From: an uncultured Alphaproteobacteria bacterium
GTDB taxonomy: Bacteria > Pseudomonadota > Alphaproteobacteria > Rhizobiales > Beijerinckiaceae
DNA: 64,000 nucleotides
Direction of reading: 5' to 3'
Assembly: GCA_963787135.1 (NCBI GenBank)
Contig: CAWBBW010000046.1
Coordinates: 1,532 to 65,531 of the forward strand
This document shows positions 49,368 through 61,377 of the stretch, piece by piece. The position numbers and the translations under genes were made by a program. Under the pieces are notes generated by a model. It saw only the letters and a program-made list of their open reading frames with translations, was not told where the DNA came from and ran no database searches. Position 1 is the stretch's first letter. The number at the start of each line of letters is the position of its first letter.

Positions 49368-51528
49368 CTACCGCTTCGAAAGAATAATCCTCGCGTCGAC
49401 CGCCACGCACAGATCGTCCAGCGCCAGGCAGGGGTTCAGATCCACCTGATCGATCTGCGACTGTTCCACGAGGAGGCGGCCGACGGAGACGAGCGTCCCC
49501 GCAATGGCGTCGACGTTCATTGCGTTCCTGCCGCGCGCCCCGGCGATCAATGGAGCGGGAAGCGTGTCGTAAATCAACTTCCGCGCCTGTTCGAGTCCAA
49601 ACGGCGCCAGCAGGAATCCGACGCGTTTGAGAACTTCGACGTAAATCCCCCCGAGGCCGAACATGACCACTGGGCCGAAAAGCCTGTCCCGGATCGCTCC
49701 CAGTACGAGCTCCGTCGTCGGGGGCATCATCTTCTGGACGAGCACGCTCGGGTTGTGAATGCCCGGCGCCGCCTTCCTGACGTTCTCAATAAGCCGCGCA
49801 TAGGACTGTTTCACGGCGTCCTCGGAGCTGACGCCGAGCATCACGCCGCCGATGTCCGATTTGTGCAGGATCTGCGCCGACACCACTTTGAGCACGACCG
49901 GATACCCGATCCGGTTTGCCGCCTCAATCGCATCTTCGAGCGTCTCGACCGGTTTGAAAGGCGGCACGCGGATGTCGTATTGGCGGCAGATCGCGTAGGC
50001 CTCAGGTTCGAGTAGACTGACGCGGCCCTCCTCGGCCGCGCGCAGGATCAATTGCGCGGCAGGCCCTTCGGCGCCGCCCGACCGGGCGATGTCGGGCGCC
50101 TTCGCAGCCGTCGCCCGCATGGCTGCGTAAGACGCGAGATTCGCCGCGCCGCGGGCGACCGTATCCGGATAGTCAAAGGTCGGCAGGCTCGCGTCCTCCA
50201 GGCCCCGCCGCAACTCATCGGCGAAATCGCCGAACATCAGGACGTTGAGCAGCGGCTTCTTGACGCCGCCTTGCGAAATGATAGGCGCGCGCAACCTCCT
50301 CGGCGAGCCGCGGCTGATCATGGAACAGGCTGGGACCCAGGATCTGGATGACCGCATCGACGTTCGGGTCCTTGAACAGAAGCGTCAGCACCTGATTGTG
50401 CAGAACCTCGGAATTTGTCGCGGTCATGTCGATATAGCCGGGCGGATGGCCGATATTGGCGGCCGAAGGCAGCACGCCCCTCAATCCTGCTTCCGTTTCG
50501 CGGGTGAACGGCGCCATCTTGAGATTGGAGAACGTCGAGAGCCCGTCGATGCACATCGTGCCGGGTCCGCCCATGTGGGTCAGCACAGCCACGCGGTTTC
50601 CGGCCGGGACCGGCTGTTTCGAGAACATTCTCAGCGTTTCGTAGAACTCCGCGACGCTCCCGGCGCGCATCAGTCCGAACTGCCGGAACGCGCCGTCGTA
50701 GATGGCGTCAGCGCCGGCGATCGCGCCCGTGTGAGAGAGCGCGGCGGTCGAACCAAGCTCGCTTCGGCCGCTCTTCAGAACCACGATCGGCTTCAGCGCG
50801 GCGACGTCGCGGGCGGCCTCGAAGAAGCCGCGCGGATCAGCCAGGCCTTCCAGATAGATGCCGATGACCCGGGTGGTCTCGTCGTCCTTGAGGAACCTCA
50901 AGAGCTCGGCGATCTGCACATCGGCCATATTTCCAACGGAGACAAACTTGTTCAATCCGGCGCGGCCGCTGGCGCCGGAGGCGAACAAGAAGGCGTTGCC
51001 GAAGGCGCCGCTCTGGGTGATGATGCTGATGCCGCCGCTCGGATAGGCGCCGATATCGAAGTTGGTGTTGAACCGGCTGACTGTGTTCATGACGCCGACG
51101 CAATTCGGGCCGACCATGCGGACGCCGGCGGAACGCAGCGTTTCGACCAGATCCCGTTCCCGCTTGGTCCCCTCGGGCGAGTTGAGCTCGCCGAAACCGG
51201 CCGACATGCACACCACCGCAGCGACATCGTTGAAGCGGCGTTTTCTCTCGGCCAGCTCTTTCGCGACCTTCAGGGCCAGATCGGACGAAACCATCAAGAG
51301 GCACGTTTCGACCGGCTCGGGGATGTCGAGGACGTTCTTGTAGCAAGGCAGCCCGAGGATGGCCGGCTCGCGCGGATTGACGGGGAAGATCCTCCCCTTG
51401 TAGCCCATGGCGATCATGTTGCGCAGCGCAGTATGTCCGGGCTTTTTGGGATCCGAGGACGCGCCAACGACTGCGACGCTTCTTGGACTGAAGAACGCGT
51501 TCAAAGCTGAAACCTCTTGCGCCATCAT
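49368..51528 (-). pseudogene. NDP-forming acyl-CoA synthetase (fused alpha/beta), split by a +1 frameshift at 50276-50278
   Basis: SVAVVGAS, GPNCVG, ASHTG-type His motif (SHTG), ATP-grasp GYPVVLKV...HKSD...GGV, DLNP; removing one base gives a 719-aa ORF. Confidence 0.85.
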
Positions 51529-51562
51529 GACCGTTTCCGCCCAATTGTTTTGTTCGCCGATC

Positions 51563-52528
51563 TCAGTTCAGGGGGAGCCGGAGGGCGAGACGACGATGCG
51601 GACGGAACCCCATCCGATCGAGGAAGCCGAGCAGGCCGAACCTGTTCCAGTCGACCTCGGTGCGCAGCAATTCGGCGCGCAGCGCCCCGAGGTTGGCCGA
51701 GAGCTGCGACATGAGCGCCGTCGCCACGCCTTCGCGGTCGTGCCGCGGATCGACGCCAATCGTGTCCATCACCGCTTCGGGCTCGGTGGCGCCAAACTCG
51801 CCGAAATCCACGCGCGCCATGATGAAGCCGGCTGGATGCTGGTCGATCTCGGCCACCAACGACATCCGCACTGCGGATTCGGTGAAAACCTCGTCCATCT
51901 TGCGGGCGTAATAGGCGGGGCGGTCATGCCCCGTGATGCGCCGGTCGATCGCCACCAGCGCCGGCAGATCGTCCGGCTTCATCGATCGCACCCACAGGCG
52001 GTCGCGTGGGAGCGACTCGAGTCCGTCGTCCCCTGCGGGCTCCTCCTCCGCTTTGCGCTCCAGAACGACGCGGGGCGCAAGGACGAAACCGATGCGGGAG
52101 AAAAAGCCGATCAGGCGGTGGTCCGTCCAATCGACCTGGGTCGCAAGTTCGCCAATCCCGCGCGCCCGCAATTCCGTGGTCAAGCGGTCGAGCAAGGCGC
52201 GGCCCAAGCCGTGCCTGCCGGCGAACGCAGGGTCGACAGCGATTGCATCGAGCGAGGCCTCGAGCGCGGTCGCGCCAAACTCCCCTTCCTGGATGCGGGC
52301 GAAGACGAAGCCGGCGAAACGGCCGTCGCGCTCCGCTGCAAGTCCGACGAAGGCGGCCGGGTCGCGTCTTGCGTGATCGAGACGGCGGGCGAAAAAGCCC
52401 CTTCGGCCGCGCCCCGACACATTCTGGTCGACCGCGACCACGGCGTCGAGGTCGTCGCGTTGAAGCGGACGGATGCGCACCGAGTCCGTCTGCGCGGCGA
52501 CATCGCCCACTGTTAGGATACCAGCCAT
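51563..52528 (-). CDS. Tandem-GNAT acetyltransferase-like protein
   Basis: Two repeats, each with a GF..AR...GEFG motif and an acetyl-CoA loop (VDPAFAGRHGLG; VDPRHDREGVA). Confidence 0.85.
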   Translation of the reverse strand: MAGILTVGDVAAQTDSVRIRPLQRDDLDAVVAVDQNVSGRGRRGFFARRLDHARRDPAAFVGLAAERDGRFAGFVFARIQEGEFGATALEASLDAIAVDPAFAGRHGLGRALLDRLTTELRARGIGELATQVDWTDHRLIGFFSRIGFVLAPRVVLERKAEEEPAGDDGLESLPRDRLWVRSMKPDDLPALVAIDRRITGHDRPAYYARKMDEVFTESAVRMSLVAEIDQHPAGFIMARVDFGEFGATEPEAVMDTIGVDPRHDREGVATALMSQLSANLGALRAELLRTEVDWNRFGLLGFLDRMGFRPHRRLALRLPLN

Positions 52529-52687
52529 CTCACCTCCCCTTTCCTGTCGTCGGGGTCTCGCGCTCAGCGCAGCGCAGCGTATTCCACGGCGAACCTGCCG
52601 TCCGTCGCCGCGTCGAGCGCAGCGTAGAGCGCCTCACGCCGTGGTCATGCGGCGCGCCGGACGCAGCGCCGTCGCCGCAGCCCGCCG

Positions 52688-53662
52688 TCATCCGCCCTCC
52701 CACAGCGTATCCACGAGCCGCCGGGCCAAGCCCTGCATCGCCCGTCGGCGGTAGATCGCGCCGACCACCGTGGTGAGCAGCACGTTGGCCCGCTTGCGCA
52801 GGTTCTTCGCAAGGAGTGTAGCGGCGTCGCTATCCCAGGCGCGCCCGATGAGGTCGCCGGTGGAAACATCCAGCGGCGCGGAATTTGTGCCGGTGATCGC
52901 CACCCTGAGTTCGGCGATGACGTTCCGTTCACGCCTGAGCGCCACCGCGACCCCGGCCAGCGGAAAGTCGATGGCATCGCGAATGCGCGCCTTGGCGTAG
53001 GCGGCGCGGCGCCCTCCCTGCGGCGGCAACACCACCGCCGCGAGCGCCTCGTTGGCGGCCAGATTCACATGCGCGCCGCCGTCCTCGCGGTAGAAGGCGG
53101 TCATTTTGGCGCGGCGGACGCTGTCCGGACCGGCCACAACCGCGTCGCCGTCCAACACCATCAGCACCGGCGCGACGTCGCCATGATAGGTGGCGTAGCA
53201 ACGGTCGCTCTTGGGCACGACATGGCATTTGTCGCCATTGTGCTTGAGACAATAGCCGTTGGCCGCGCGCCACCATTCGCTCTGGTTATAGAAGATGCAG
53301 CGGGTGTCCTGGCAGAGATTGCCGCCCAGGGTCGCCGCCGCCTGGTGAGTGGGACCGGCCACTGAAAGCGCCGCCTCGGCCAGCGCCGGGTAGAGGGCGA
53401 GGACTTCGGGATGGCGGGCGAGTTCGGCCAGAGTCACTCCCGCGCCCAGCCACAGCGAATCCCCCTCCCGACGGATGTCCGCCAGACCGGCGACAGCCGT
53501 CAGGTCGATGAGGTCAGACGGCTCGCCCAGGCCACGCCGGAGATTGACCAGAAGATCGGTGCCGCCGGCCACGAAGCGCGCCGCCGCGGAGCCGGCCTTG
53601 AGCTGCACCGCCTCCTCGAGGGTAGCTGGACGGTGATAGCGAAAATCCGGCAGGAGGTTCAT
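52688..53662 (-). CDS. hcrB: 4-hydroxybenzoyl-CoA reductase beta (FAD/Fe-S) subunit
   Basis: [19 protein letters not shown] with additional Cys cluster motif; 324 aa. Confidence 0.92.
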   Translation of the reverse strand: MNLLPDFRYHRPATLEEAVQLKAGSAAARFVAGGTDLLVNLRRGLGEPSDLIDLTAVAGLADIRREGDSLWLGAGVTLAELARHPEVLALYPALAEAALSVAGPTHQAAATLGGNLCQDTRCIFYNQSEWWRAANGYCLKHNGDKCHVVPKSDRCYATYHGDVAPVLMVLDGDAVVAGPDSVRRAKMTAFYREDGGAHVNLAANEALAAVVLPPQGGRRAAYAKARIRDAIDFPLAGVAVALRRERNVIAELRVAITGTNSAPLDVSTGDLIGRAWDSDAATLLAKNLRKRANVLLTTVVGAIYRRRAMQGLARRLVDTLWEGG

Positions 53663-55977
53663 GACCCAACTCCCCCCCTGGCGTCCAGCAACTCTGCGAC
53701 ACGTTCCGGGGTCAGCGGCAGGGCGTAGGGGCGAATCCCCGCAGCCTCGTGGAGCGCATCCATCACCGCCGGCAGGAAGCCGGCGAGCATGCCTTCGCTG
53801 GCCTCTTTCGCGCCGAACGGTCCGTTGGGGTCGATGCTCTCAACGATGAAAACCTCAATATCCGGACTTTCCGCCATCGTTGGAACGCGGTAATCCAGAA
53901 TATTGGCGTGCATCATGCGGCCTTGGTCGAAGCGGGTTTCCTCCGACATCGCCTGGCCCATGCCCATCCACACCCCGCCCTGGATCTGGCCTTCGACCGC
54001 CAGGGGATTGATGGCGCGCCCGACGTCCACCGCCACCCACACCTTGTGCGCGGTGACCTTGCCGGTCACTTCATCGACCGAGCATTCGACGACCTGCGCG
54101 GCGTAGCAGAAGCCCATGGTGGCCCCGATGGCGCTCCCCCGGACTTTCCTGTCGCCCATGAATTCCGCAGGACTTGTGAAGGCCCCCTGGACGGTGATCG
54201 GGCCGGTGTCGACCAGCGCCGCCTTGACCACTTCGGAGAAGGACAGGCCCGGGTCCTGGCCGGCGACGCGAAAGATTTCGCCATCGCAGTCGACGTTCTC
54301 GGGGTTGGCGTCGAGCTTCCGGGCCGCCGCTGCAATCAGGATGGTCTTCAATTTCGTTGCGGCCTCGATCGCAGCGTTGCCGACCATGAACGTGACCCGT
54401 GAGGAATAGGAGCCGTTGTCCTTGGGGGTGAGCGCGCTGTCGGCGGAAATGACCCGGAGCCGGCTCCAGTTCACCCCCATGACCTGGGCCACCATCTGCG
54501 CCACCATGGTGTTGGACCCCTGGCCGATGTCGGCCGCGCCGGTCAGCACAGTGACGCCGCCGTCGAAATCCACTCGGAGGTTGACGATGGCGTGCGGCTC
54601 GCCTGTCCAGTGCTTGGGCGTTGTGGTTCCGGAGACGAAGTGCGAGCACGCGAGGCCCAGCCCGCGACCCTTCGGCATGTTGCCGCGCCGCTCGGCCCAG
54701 CCCGAGGCCTTCATCACCGCGTCCAGACACTCGGGCAGCCCGTAACTCATCACCCTCTGGGCGTAGGCCGTCGTGTAGGGGACGGCGGGCAGCAGATTGA
54801 TCCGCCGGACGGCGAACGGGTCGAGGCCGAGTTCGGCGGCCATCTCGTTCATCAGCGCCTCGAACGCGGCGCGCGGGTCGACGGTGCCGTGGCCACGTTG
54901 CGCGCCGCAGGGCGGAGTATTGGTGTAAACTCGCCAGCCGTCGTGCTTGATCGCCGGGATGTCGTAGATCCCGTGCAGCAGGGCCCCGGTGTAGAGGATG
55001 GATATGACGCCGTAACTCGCATAAGCCCCGCCGCGCTGCGTGGCCTGAAGGTGGCAGGCGGTCAGCTTTCCGTCCCTGGTCATGCCCAGCTTCACCGTCA
55101 CGTCGGTTTCCGGGCGGCCTCGATGGGCGATGAAGGTTTCTTCCCGGGTCTGCAGAAGGCGCACGGCGCCGCGCGCCTTGCGGGCCAGCAAAGCGGCGAT
55201 GATCTCAAAGTGCAGGCACTCCGTCCGGGCGCCAAAGCCGCCGCCCACGAAGGGTTTGATCACCCGGACCTGCGCCTCCTCGATCTCGAGGCATTTCGCC
55301 ACATTGAGGAGGACGTAATAGGGGACCTGAGTCGTTGTGTGGACGGTCAGGCGGTCCCGTTCGGCATCGTATTCGGCCAGGGTGGCGTTGGGCTCGATAT
55401 GGACGTGGTTGACCTCGGCGAAATGATAGGTTCTCTCCCGCACCAGATCGGCCGCGCGGAACCCGGCCTCGGCATCGCCAAACTCGCTGTGGACCTCGCG
55501 GAGAATGTTGTTGGGCTTTTCTCCATGGATGGGTTCGGCGCCGGGCGCCATCGCTTTGCGGGCGTCGAAATAGGCCGGCAGCTTTTCGTATTCGACGCGG
55601 ATCAGCTTGATCGCCGCCGCGGCGGTGGCCTCGTCGATCGCCGCCACGGCCGCCACCGGGTCGCCGCGATAACGAACCTTTTCGCGGGCCAACGGGAATT
55701 CGTTCTCGGTGATCGGCAGCACGCCGAACCGGACCTTGCAGTCGGCCCCCGTACACACCGCCGCAACTCCCTCAAGCGCCTCGGCCGCCGAGGTATCGAT
55801 GGACACGATGCGGGCATGAGGCACGGGTGAGCGCAACACCCGGCCGCAGAGCGCGCCGGGCGCGGGCAGATCGGCGGTGAATCGCGCCTTGCCGGTGACT
55901 TTTTCAACGCCGTCGATCAGCGGGGTGCGCACGCCGACCGAGCCGATGCGGTTCTTCTTCAGCATCTGGACGCTCAT
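53659..55977 (-). CDS. hcrA: 4-hydroxybenzoyl-CoA reductase alpha (molybdopterin) subunit
   Basis: [38 protein letters not shown]. Confidence 0.92.
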   Translation of the reverse strand: MSVQMLKKNRIGSVGVRTPLIDGVEKVTGKARFTADLPAPGALCGRVLRSPVPHARIVSIDTSAAEALEGVAAVCTGADCKVRFGVLPITENEFPLAREKVRYRGDPVAAVAAIDEATAAAAIKLIRVEYEKLPAYFDARKAMAPGAEPIHGEKPNNILREVHSEFGDAEAGFRAADLVRERTYHFAEVNHVHIEPNATLAEYDAERDRLTVHTTTQVPYYVLLNVAKCLEIEEAQVRVIKPFVGGGFGARTECLHFEIIAALLARKARGAVRLLQTREETFIAHRGRPETDVTVKLGMTRDGKLTACHLQATQRGGAYASYGVISILYTGALLHGIYDIPAIKHDGWRVYTNTPPCGAQRGHGTVDPRAAFEALMNEMAAELGLDPFAVRRINLLPAVPYTTAYAQRVMSYGLPECLDAVMKASGWAERRGNMPKGRGLGLACSHFVSGTTTPKHWTGEPHAIVNLRVDFDGGVTVLTGAADIGQGSNTMVAQMVAQVMGVNWSRLRVISADSALTPKDNGSYSSRVTFMVGNAAIEAATKLKTILIAAAARKLDANPENVDCDGEIFRVAGQDPGLSFSEVVKAALVDTGPITVQGAFTSPAEFMGDRKVRGSAIGATMGFCYAAQVVECSVDEVTGKVTAHKVWVAVDVGRAINPLAVEGQIQGGVWMGMGQAMSEETRFDQGRMMHANILDYRVPTMAESPDIEVFIVESIDPNGPFGAKEASEGMLAGFLPAVMDALHEAAGIRPYALPLTPERVAELLDARGGVGS

Positions 55978-56444
55978 CGCGTCGCCTCCAGAGCCGCGGC
56001 TTCGACCGAATCGATGATCTTCACATAGCCGGTGCAACGGCAGAGATTGCCGGCCAGCGCCGCCTTGATCCGATCGCGGCTGGGATTGGGATCGCGGCGC
56101 AGCAGCGCTTCGGCCGCCATGATCATGCCCGGGGTGCAAAAGCCGCACTGGGCGCCAAGCTTCTCATGGAACTGCTGTTGCAGCCGGCTCAGGCGGCCGC
56201 CCTTCGCCAGGCCCTCGATGGTCTCGACCCGCCGGCCGTGCATTTGCACCGCCAGGGTGGAACAGGCGAGGCGCGGCTGATCGTCCACCAGCACAGTGCA
56301 GGCGCCGCATTCTCCGCCGTCACAGCCCTGTTTGGAGCCGGTCAGCCCCAGCTTCTCGCGTAGGAAGTCCAGCAGCAGCATGCCATCGGGAACCATCTCC
56401 TCTCGCGCACGCCCATTGACGGTCAAGGTCAGTATCGATTTCAT
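55974..56444 (-). CDS. hcrC: 4-hydroxybenzoyl-CoA reductase gamma (2x[2Fe-2S]) subunit
   Basis: [27 protein letters not shown]. Confidence 0.93.
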   Translation of the reverse strand: MKSILTLTVNGRAREEMVPDGMLLLDFLREKLGLTGSKQGCDGGECGACTVLVDDQPRLACSTLAVQMHGRRVETIEGLAKGGRLSRLQQQFHEKLGAQCGFCTPGMIMAAEALLRRDPNPSRDRIKAALAGNLCRCTGYVKIIDSVEAAALEATR

Positions 56445-58088
56445 CAGGCGCCTCCCGCATGATTTTCATATCGACCCGGCGCCGACGGCCGCTTGGCGCC
56501 GGACGCCTGCTCGAGCTGCTGGCGCAAGGCGAACCGCTGGATTTTGCCCGTCGCGGTTTTTGGCAATTCCGACACGAAGCGCACCCAGCGCGGATACTTG
56601 TAAGGGGCCAGCAGCGCCTTGCAGTGGCGTACCAGATCCGCCTCGATCCCGTCGGGAACTTCGCGCTCGGCCTGCTTGGGCACGATCCAAGCCTCCGGCT
56701 TGACCAGACCGTCCGCGTCCTCGCGCCCGACCACCGCGGCTTCCAGCACGTATGGATGTTGGATCAGCGCCGCCTCGATCTCGATCGGCGAACACCAGAT
56801 GCCGCCGACCTTCAGCATGTCGCTGCTGCGGCCGGAATAGGAGTACGCGCCGTCAGCTTTGATGCAGTAGATATCGCCAGTGTCAAACCAGCCATCGACA
56901 ACGATCGGCTTCGGGTTGCGCCAATACGACTTGGCGATCAACTCGCCGCGGAGGAACAGACGTCCGGGCGCGCCGTTCGGCAGTTCGGCGCCTTCGTCAT
57001 CCACAACCTTCGCCTGATAGCCCGATACGGGTCTGCCGCTGGCTCCTGGCGTCACATCGCCCGGGCGGTTTGCGATGTAGATGTGGCCCGCCTCGGTCGA
57101 GCCGACGCCGTCGAGGATGTCGATCCCGGTGAGTTGACGCCAGGTTTCGAGAATGCGCGCAGGCAGCGCTTCGCCGGCCGAAACGCAGGCGCGCACCGAA
57201 GACAGATTCGGACGCCATTGCGGCAGTTCGGCGAGCTGGCGAGCAAAGAGAGTCGGCACGCCGAAGAACAAAGTTGGCCGGAAGCGTTCGATAGCGGCGA
57301 AGGTGCTTTCCGGCGTCGGCCGATCCGGCATCAATATCGAAGTTCCGCCTGTCCACAGCGGGAAGCTCATCGCATTGCCCAAGCCGTAGGAGAAGAACAA
57401 CTTCGCCGCCGAGAAAAATACGTCATCGGCCGCGGCGCCAAGGGTCTCCACGGCGTAATGCTGGCCCGTCAGCGCCAGGGTGCGGTGCGAGTGCACCACG
57501 CCCTTCGGCCGGCCAGTCGAGCCGGACGAATAGAGCCAATAGCAATCGTCCTCCGATCCCGCCGCCGCCGGTTCGAGCTCGGAAGCCGCCGCGCCCATGA
57601 CCGCCGACAATGAAGGCCCCTCACCCGATGTGCGGAGCACGACATGCGGGCGGTGGCGCGCCCCGCCGAGCGCAGCCTCGATCTCGACCGCCAGCTCGGG
57701 AGAGAAGGCAATGCCCGCACACTCCGAATCCTCGATGAAGTAGGCATAGTCGGCGGCGCGAAGCAGCGTATTGAGGGGCACGGGGACGATCCCGGCTTTG
57801 ATAGCGCCCCAGAACAGATAGAAGAATGCGGGCCCGTCGAGCGTGGCCATCAGGAGCCGGCTCCCGCGCGGCATGCCGAGGCCGAGCAGCGCGTTGCCGC
57901 ATCTCGCGACGCGTTCGGCCAGGGCAGAGTAGCTTACGTCCTCCTCGACGGTCCGGATAGCGATCTTCGCGCTGCGCCCCTCGGCCAGGTGACGATCGAT
58001 AAAGGCCGCGGCGGAGTTGAATCGGGGTGCGAAACGCAGGCGGCTGCCGGCCCGACCCGAACTCGATGGCGATTGAGTTATCCCTCAT
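56444..58088 (-). pseudogene. Benzoate/4-hydroxybenzoate-CoA ligase with a +1 frameshift near the 5' end (about 58060)
   Basis: YSSGSTGRPKG, GVGSTE, PKTATGKIQR; RFNSAAAFIDRH lies upstream of the listed ORF start but is cut off from ATG 58088. Confidence 0.85.
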
Positions 58089-58275
58089 CACGTCCCCGTT
58101 CCGGTCTATGGGGCGCGAGCGCAGCGTGGGTCTGGGCATCGGCGCAAAATGGTGATCTAATGCCGGATTGGGATGTCGAAGCCGCCGGATGCTGCGTTGA
58201 AGTCCGCTCCCGCGTTTGAACGCCAGCCCGCCGCGGCGGCGCCAAATTCCGACGGAACGCGGCGCGGGGTTGCGA

Positions 58276-58758
58276 ATGGTGAACCGAATGACAAAGTCCA
58301 ACCGGACGGGCCCAAACGAGCTCCTGCCGATTCGGCCCGCCACCTTGGCCGACGTGCCAGGGGTGATCGCGCTCGACAAGGAGGTTACCGGCTTGCTCAA
58401 GCCCGGCTACTGGCATGACATGTTCGAGCGCTATGGAGCGCGGCCGGGCGACTCGAGGATATTCCTGGTCGCGGAGAATGCCGGCCGCATCGGCGGTTTC
58501 ATCATTGGCGAGGTGCGCGCCTGGGAGTTTGGCTCCTCGCCCAGCGGCTGGATCTTTGCCGTTCAGGTTCAAGCCCGGCAACGCCTGCATGGTCTCGGCT
58601 CGCGTCTCTTCAACGCGGTCTGCGACAGCTTCCGCGCGGCTGGCGTGGACCGCGTTCGCACGATGGTGGCGCCCGACAACACCCTGATCCACTCCTTCTT
58701 TCGGAGCCAGGGAATGATGGCCGGCCCTTTCATCGAATTGGAGATGCGTCTTGACTGA
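58276..58758 (+). CDS. GNAT acetyltransferase, BadL-like
   Basis: GFIIGEVRAWEFG, RLHGLGSRL; upstream of an Rrf2 regulator as in badLM; start uncertain. Confidence 0.8.
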   Translation: MVNRMTKSNRTGPNELLPIRPATLADVPGVIALDKEVTGLLKPGYWHDMFERYGARPGDSRIFLVAENAGRIGGFIIGEVRAWEFGSSPSGWIFAVQVQARQRLHGLGSRLFNAVCDSFRAAGVDRVRTMVAPDNTLIHSFFRSQGMMAGPFIELEMRLD

Positions 58759-58797
58759 CTCCCCCACGCCCGTTCTCGGGCGCACGAGACCGACCGC

Positions 58798-59265
58798 ATG
58801 AGGCTGCAGAAGGCTACCGCCATCGCGCTCTATGCGGTGCTGGAACTCGCGCTTGATCCCACGCGCCAACTGACGGCCGTCGAGATCGCCGAAAAATATG
58901 GGGTTTCCGCCCATCACCTGGCCAAGGTGCTGCGCGACCTCAGACGTGGCGGATTGGTCGATTCGGTGCGCGGCGCCGGGGGCGGCTTTCGCTTCGCCGG
59001 CGACGCCAAACGGCTGACCTTGATGGACGTAATACAGCTCTTCGAAGATGTCGGCGCCGATGCCGACGAACTGCCGCCGCAGGCTGCGGGCCGGGAAATC
59101 GCGCAGGGAGTGCGGTTCGTGTTGACCGAACTCGACACGCAGTCGGCGGCGACGCTGCGGTCGATCACCATCTCGACCATGCTGAAGCTGGTCGCGCGGC
59201 GTCCCTGGACCAACGCCGCGACCGAGACAAAGCCGAGACGGCGGACAGCTGGGCGTGCGCAATAA
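58798..59265 (+). CDS. Rrf2-family transcriptional regulator, BadM-like
   Basis: IAEKYGVSAHHLAKVL...LVDSVRGAGGGF; no Cys triad. Confidence 0.88.
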   Translation: MRLQKATAIALYAVLELALDPTRQLTAVEIAEKYGVSAHHLAKVLRDLRRGGLVDSVRGAGGGFRFAGDAKRLTLMDVIQLFEDVGADADELPPQAAGREIAQGVRFVLTELDTQSAATLRSITISTMLKLVARRPWTNAATETKPRRRTAGRAQ

Positions 59266-59375
59266 GCCATCTCCCGTTTGACTGGCGCGCCGCCGCGCAA
59301 CGGGCCGCGCCGAGGCATGAGGACCGCTTTGCGTCCGTCGCCTCAGGCTCCAGCGGGATGACCGTTCCTTTGCCA

Positions 59376-60156
59376 TCAGGCGCCACTGATCTGGAGCATG
59401 TGGCCGCCGTCGACGACAAAGGTCGCACCGGTAATATAGGCGCCCGCCCTGGGAGCAGCGAGCAGCAACAGGACGCCGTCGAGGTCGCCCTCCTGCCCAA
59501 AGCGGCGCATCGGCACGTGGTTCGCCAAGCTCGCGCCCTCGCCCGTCAGCCAGCTGTCGTTCAGTTCGGTGACGAAATATCCGGGCGCAATCGCATTTGC
59601 GCGGATGTGATGCCTGGCGAACTCGAATGCCATAACCTTGGTGAGTTGCATGACGGCCGCCTTTGACACGGCGTAACTGGCGATGCTCCGTCCGACGCCG
59701 AATGAGGCGATCGAGGCAATATTCACGATTGCGCCGCGCCTACCGGCTGCAGCCATTCCCTGCGCGGCGAGCACGCCGACTGATCGGACGGCATCGAGAT
59801 TGACGGCCATAGTTTCAGACCACGCTGTCTTGTCTCCGTCGATGAGGCGCCCTGGTCGCGAAATGCCCGCGTTGTTGACGCAGATCGTCACGGTGCCGAA
59901 GCGATCCGCGGCCGCGTCGAAGGCGTGGCGCATCTCGGTTTCGTTGGTGACGTCGGCTTCGAACCCTTCCGAACTCGCCGCCGGCCGCCGCGATCTCGGC
60001 GGCGATTGCGGCGAGGCGCTTCTTCCGCCTGGCGACAAGGACGACCTTCGCGCCGTTGGCCGCGAGGACGCGGGCGAAGCGTTCGCCGAATCCGGACGAG
60101 GCGCCGGTGACGAGCGCGACTTCGCCGCTCAGGTCGAACAGATTGGCAGCCTTCAT
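59376..60156 (-). pseudogene. Short-chain dehydrogenase split by a +1 frameshift near 59970
   Basis: TGASSGFG in one frame; NNAG, YAVSK, IAPG in the next. Confidence 0.85.
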
Positions 60157-60195
60157 CGCGGACTGATCAGTCAAACTCGCTCCTCCTCGGTGCGT

Positions 60196-61377
60196 TCAGG
60201 TCTGGGCGTCTGCAAGAACACGGGTCGCAATGATCATTTTTTGGACTTCGCTCGCGCCCTCATAGATCCGCAGCGCCCGGATCTCCCGGTAAAGTCTCTC
60301 GGCGATATGGCCGCGCGTGACGCCCAGGCCGCCGAAAATCTGCACAGCGGAATCGATCGCCTTCTGCGCCTCCTCGGTCGCGAAGAGTTTCGCCATGCTC
60401 GATTCGCGGCTGATACGGGCGCCTGTGACGTCCTTGGTCCAGGCGGCGCGGTAGATCAGCAGAGCCGCAGCGTCGATGGCGAGCGCCATGTCGGCGAGCT
60501 TGGCGCGGGTGAGCTGGAGATCGGACAGCGGCTGACCGAACAGCTTGCGCGTCCGGGCGTGTCGCACTGCCTCGTCAAGCGCGCGACGCGCGAAGCCGAG
60601 GGCGGCCGCGCCGACGGTCGGGCGGAAGACATCGAGCGTGGCCATGGCGATACGGAAGCCGTCGCCCGGCGCGCCGAGCATATCGGCGCGGGAGACTTTC
60701 ACGCCGTCGAAGGCGAGCGCGCCGATCGGGTGCGGCGCGATCAGGTCGATCACTTTCGAGACCGAGAACCCTGGCGTATCGGCTTCCACGATGAAGGCCG
60801 AAAGGCCCTTGGCGCCCGGGTCTTCGCCCGTGCGCGCGAAGACGACGTATAGCTTGGCGATGCCGGCATTCGATATCCATGTCTTCGCTCCATCGAGGCG
60901 CCACTGGGCGCCGTCCGGCTTAGCCCGCATTGCGAGCGCGGAAACGTCGGAGCCTGCCTCAGCCTCCGACAGGGCGAAGGCCGAGATCACGTTTCCCTGC
61001 GCGACCCCGGGCAGCCAGCGCGCCTTCTGCTCGTCGGTGCCGAACAGGCTGATCGGACCGCTGCCGAGGCCCTGCATGGCGAAGCTGAAGTCGGCCAAAC
61101 CCGCGTGGCGCGCCAGCACCTCCCGGCAAATGCAGAGGCTGCGCGCGTCCAGCGGCCCGTGCAGCGCGCCATCGCGGCCGCCGACGGCTGTAGCGAGAAG
61201 GCCCGCCTGCCCCATGGCCGCGACCAGGCGACGAACGATCCCCGCGGCGCCGGCGCCAGACTCGTCGGCGCCGTCCAAGGCCGCCAAGCTGGCGCCAGCC
61301 CAGGCGTCGACGCGATCGTACAGGTCCCGATGCTGCGGCTCCAGGAACGGCCAGGAGAGGAAGGTGCGGTCGGCCAT
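60196..61377 (-). CDS. Acyl-CoA dehydrogenase
   Basis: [37 protein letters not shown]. Confidence 0.92.
   Translation of the reverse strand: MADRTFLSWPFLEPQHRDLYDRVDAWAGASLAALDGADESGAGAAGIVRRLVAAMGQAGLLATAVGGRDGALHGPLDARSLCICREVLARHAGLADFSFAMQGLGSGPISLFGTDEQKARWLPGVAQGNVISAFALSEAEAGSDVSALAMRAKPDGAQWRLDGAKTWISNAGIAKLYVVFARTGEDPGAKGLSAFIVEADTPGFSVSKVIDLIAPHPIGALAFDGVKVSRADMLGAPGDGFRIAMATLDVFRPTVGAAALGFARRALDEAVRHARTRKLFGQPLSDLQLTRAKLADMALAIDAAALLIYRAAWTKDVTGARISRESSMAKLFATEEAQKAIDSAVQIFGGLGVTRGHIAERLYREIRALRIYEGASEVQKMIIATRVLADAQT

Noticed and set aside
53659-56148. 829-aa HcrA with an N-terminal extension
   Set aside because: The extension overlaps hcrC in another frame; ATG 55977 with ATGA coupling is the better start.
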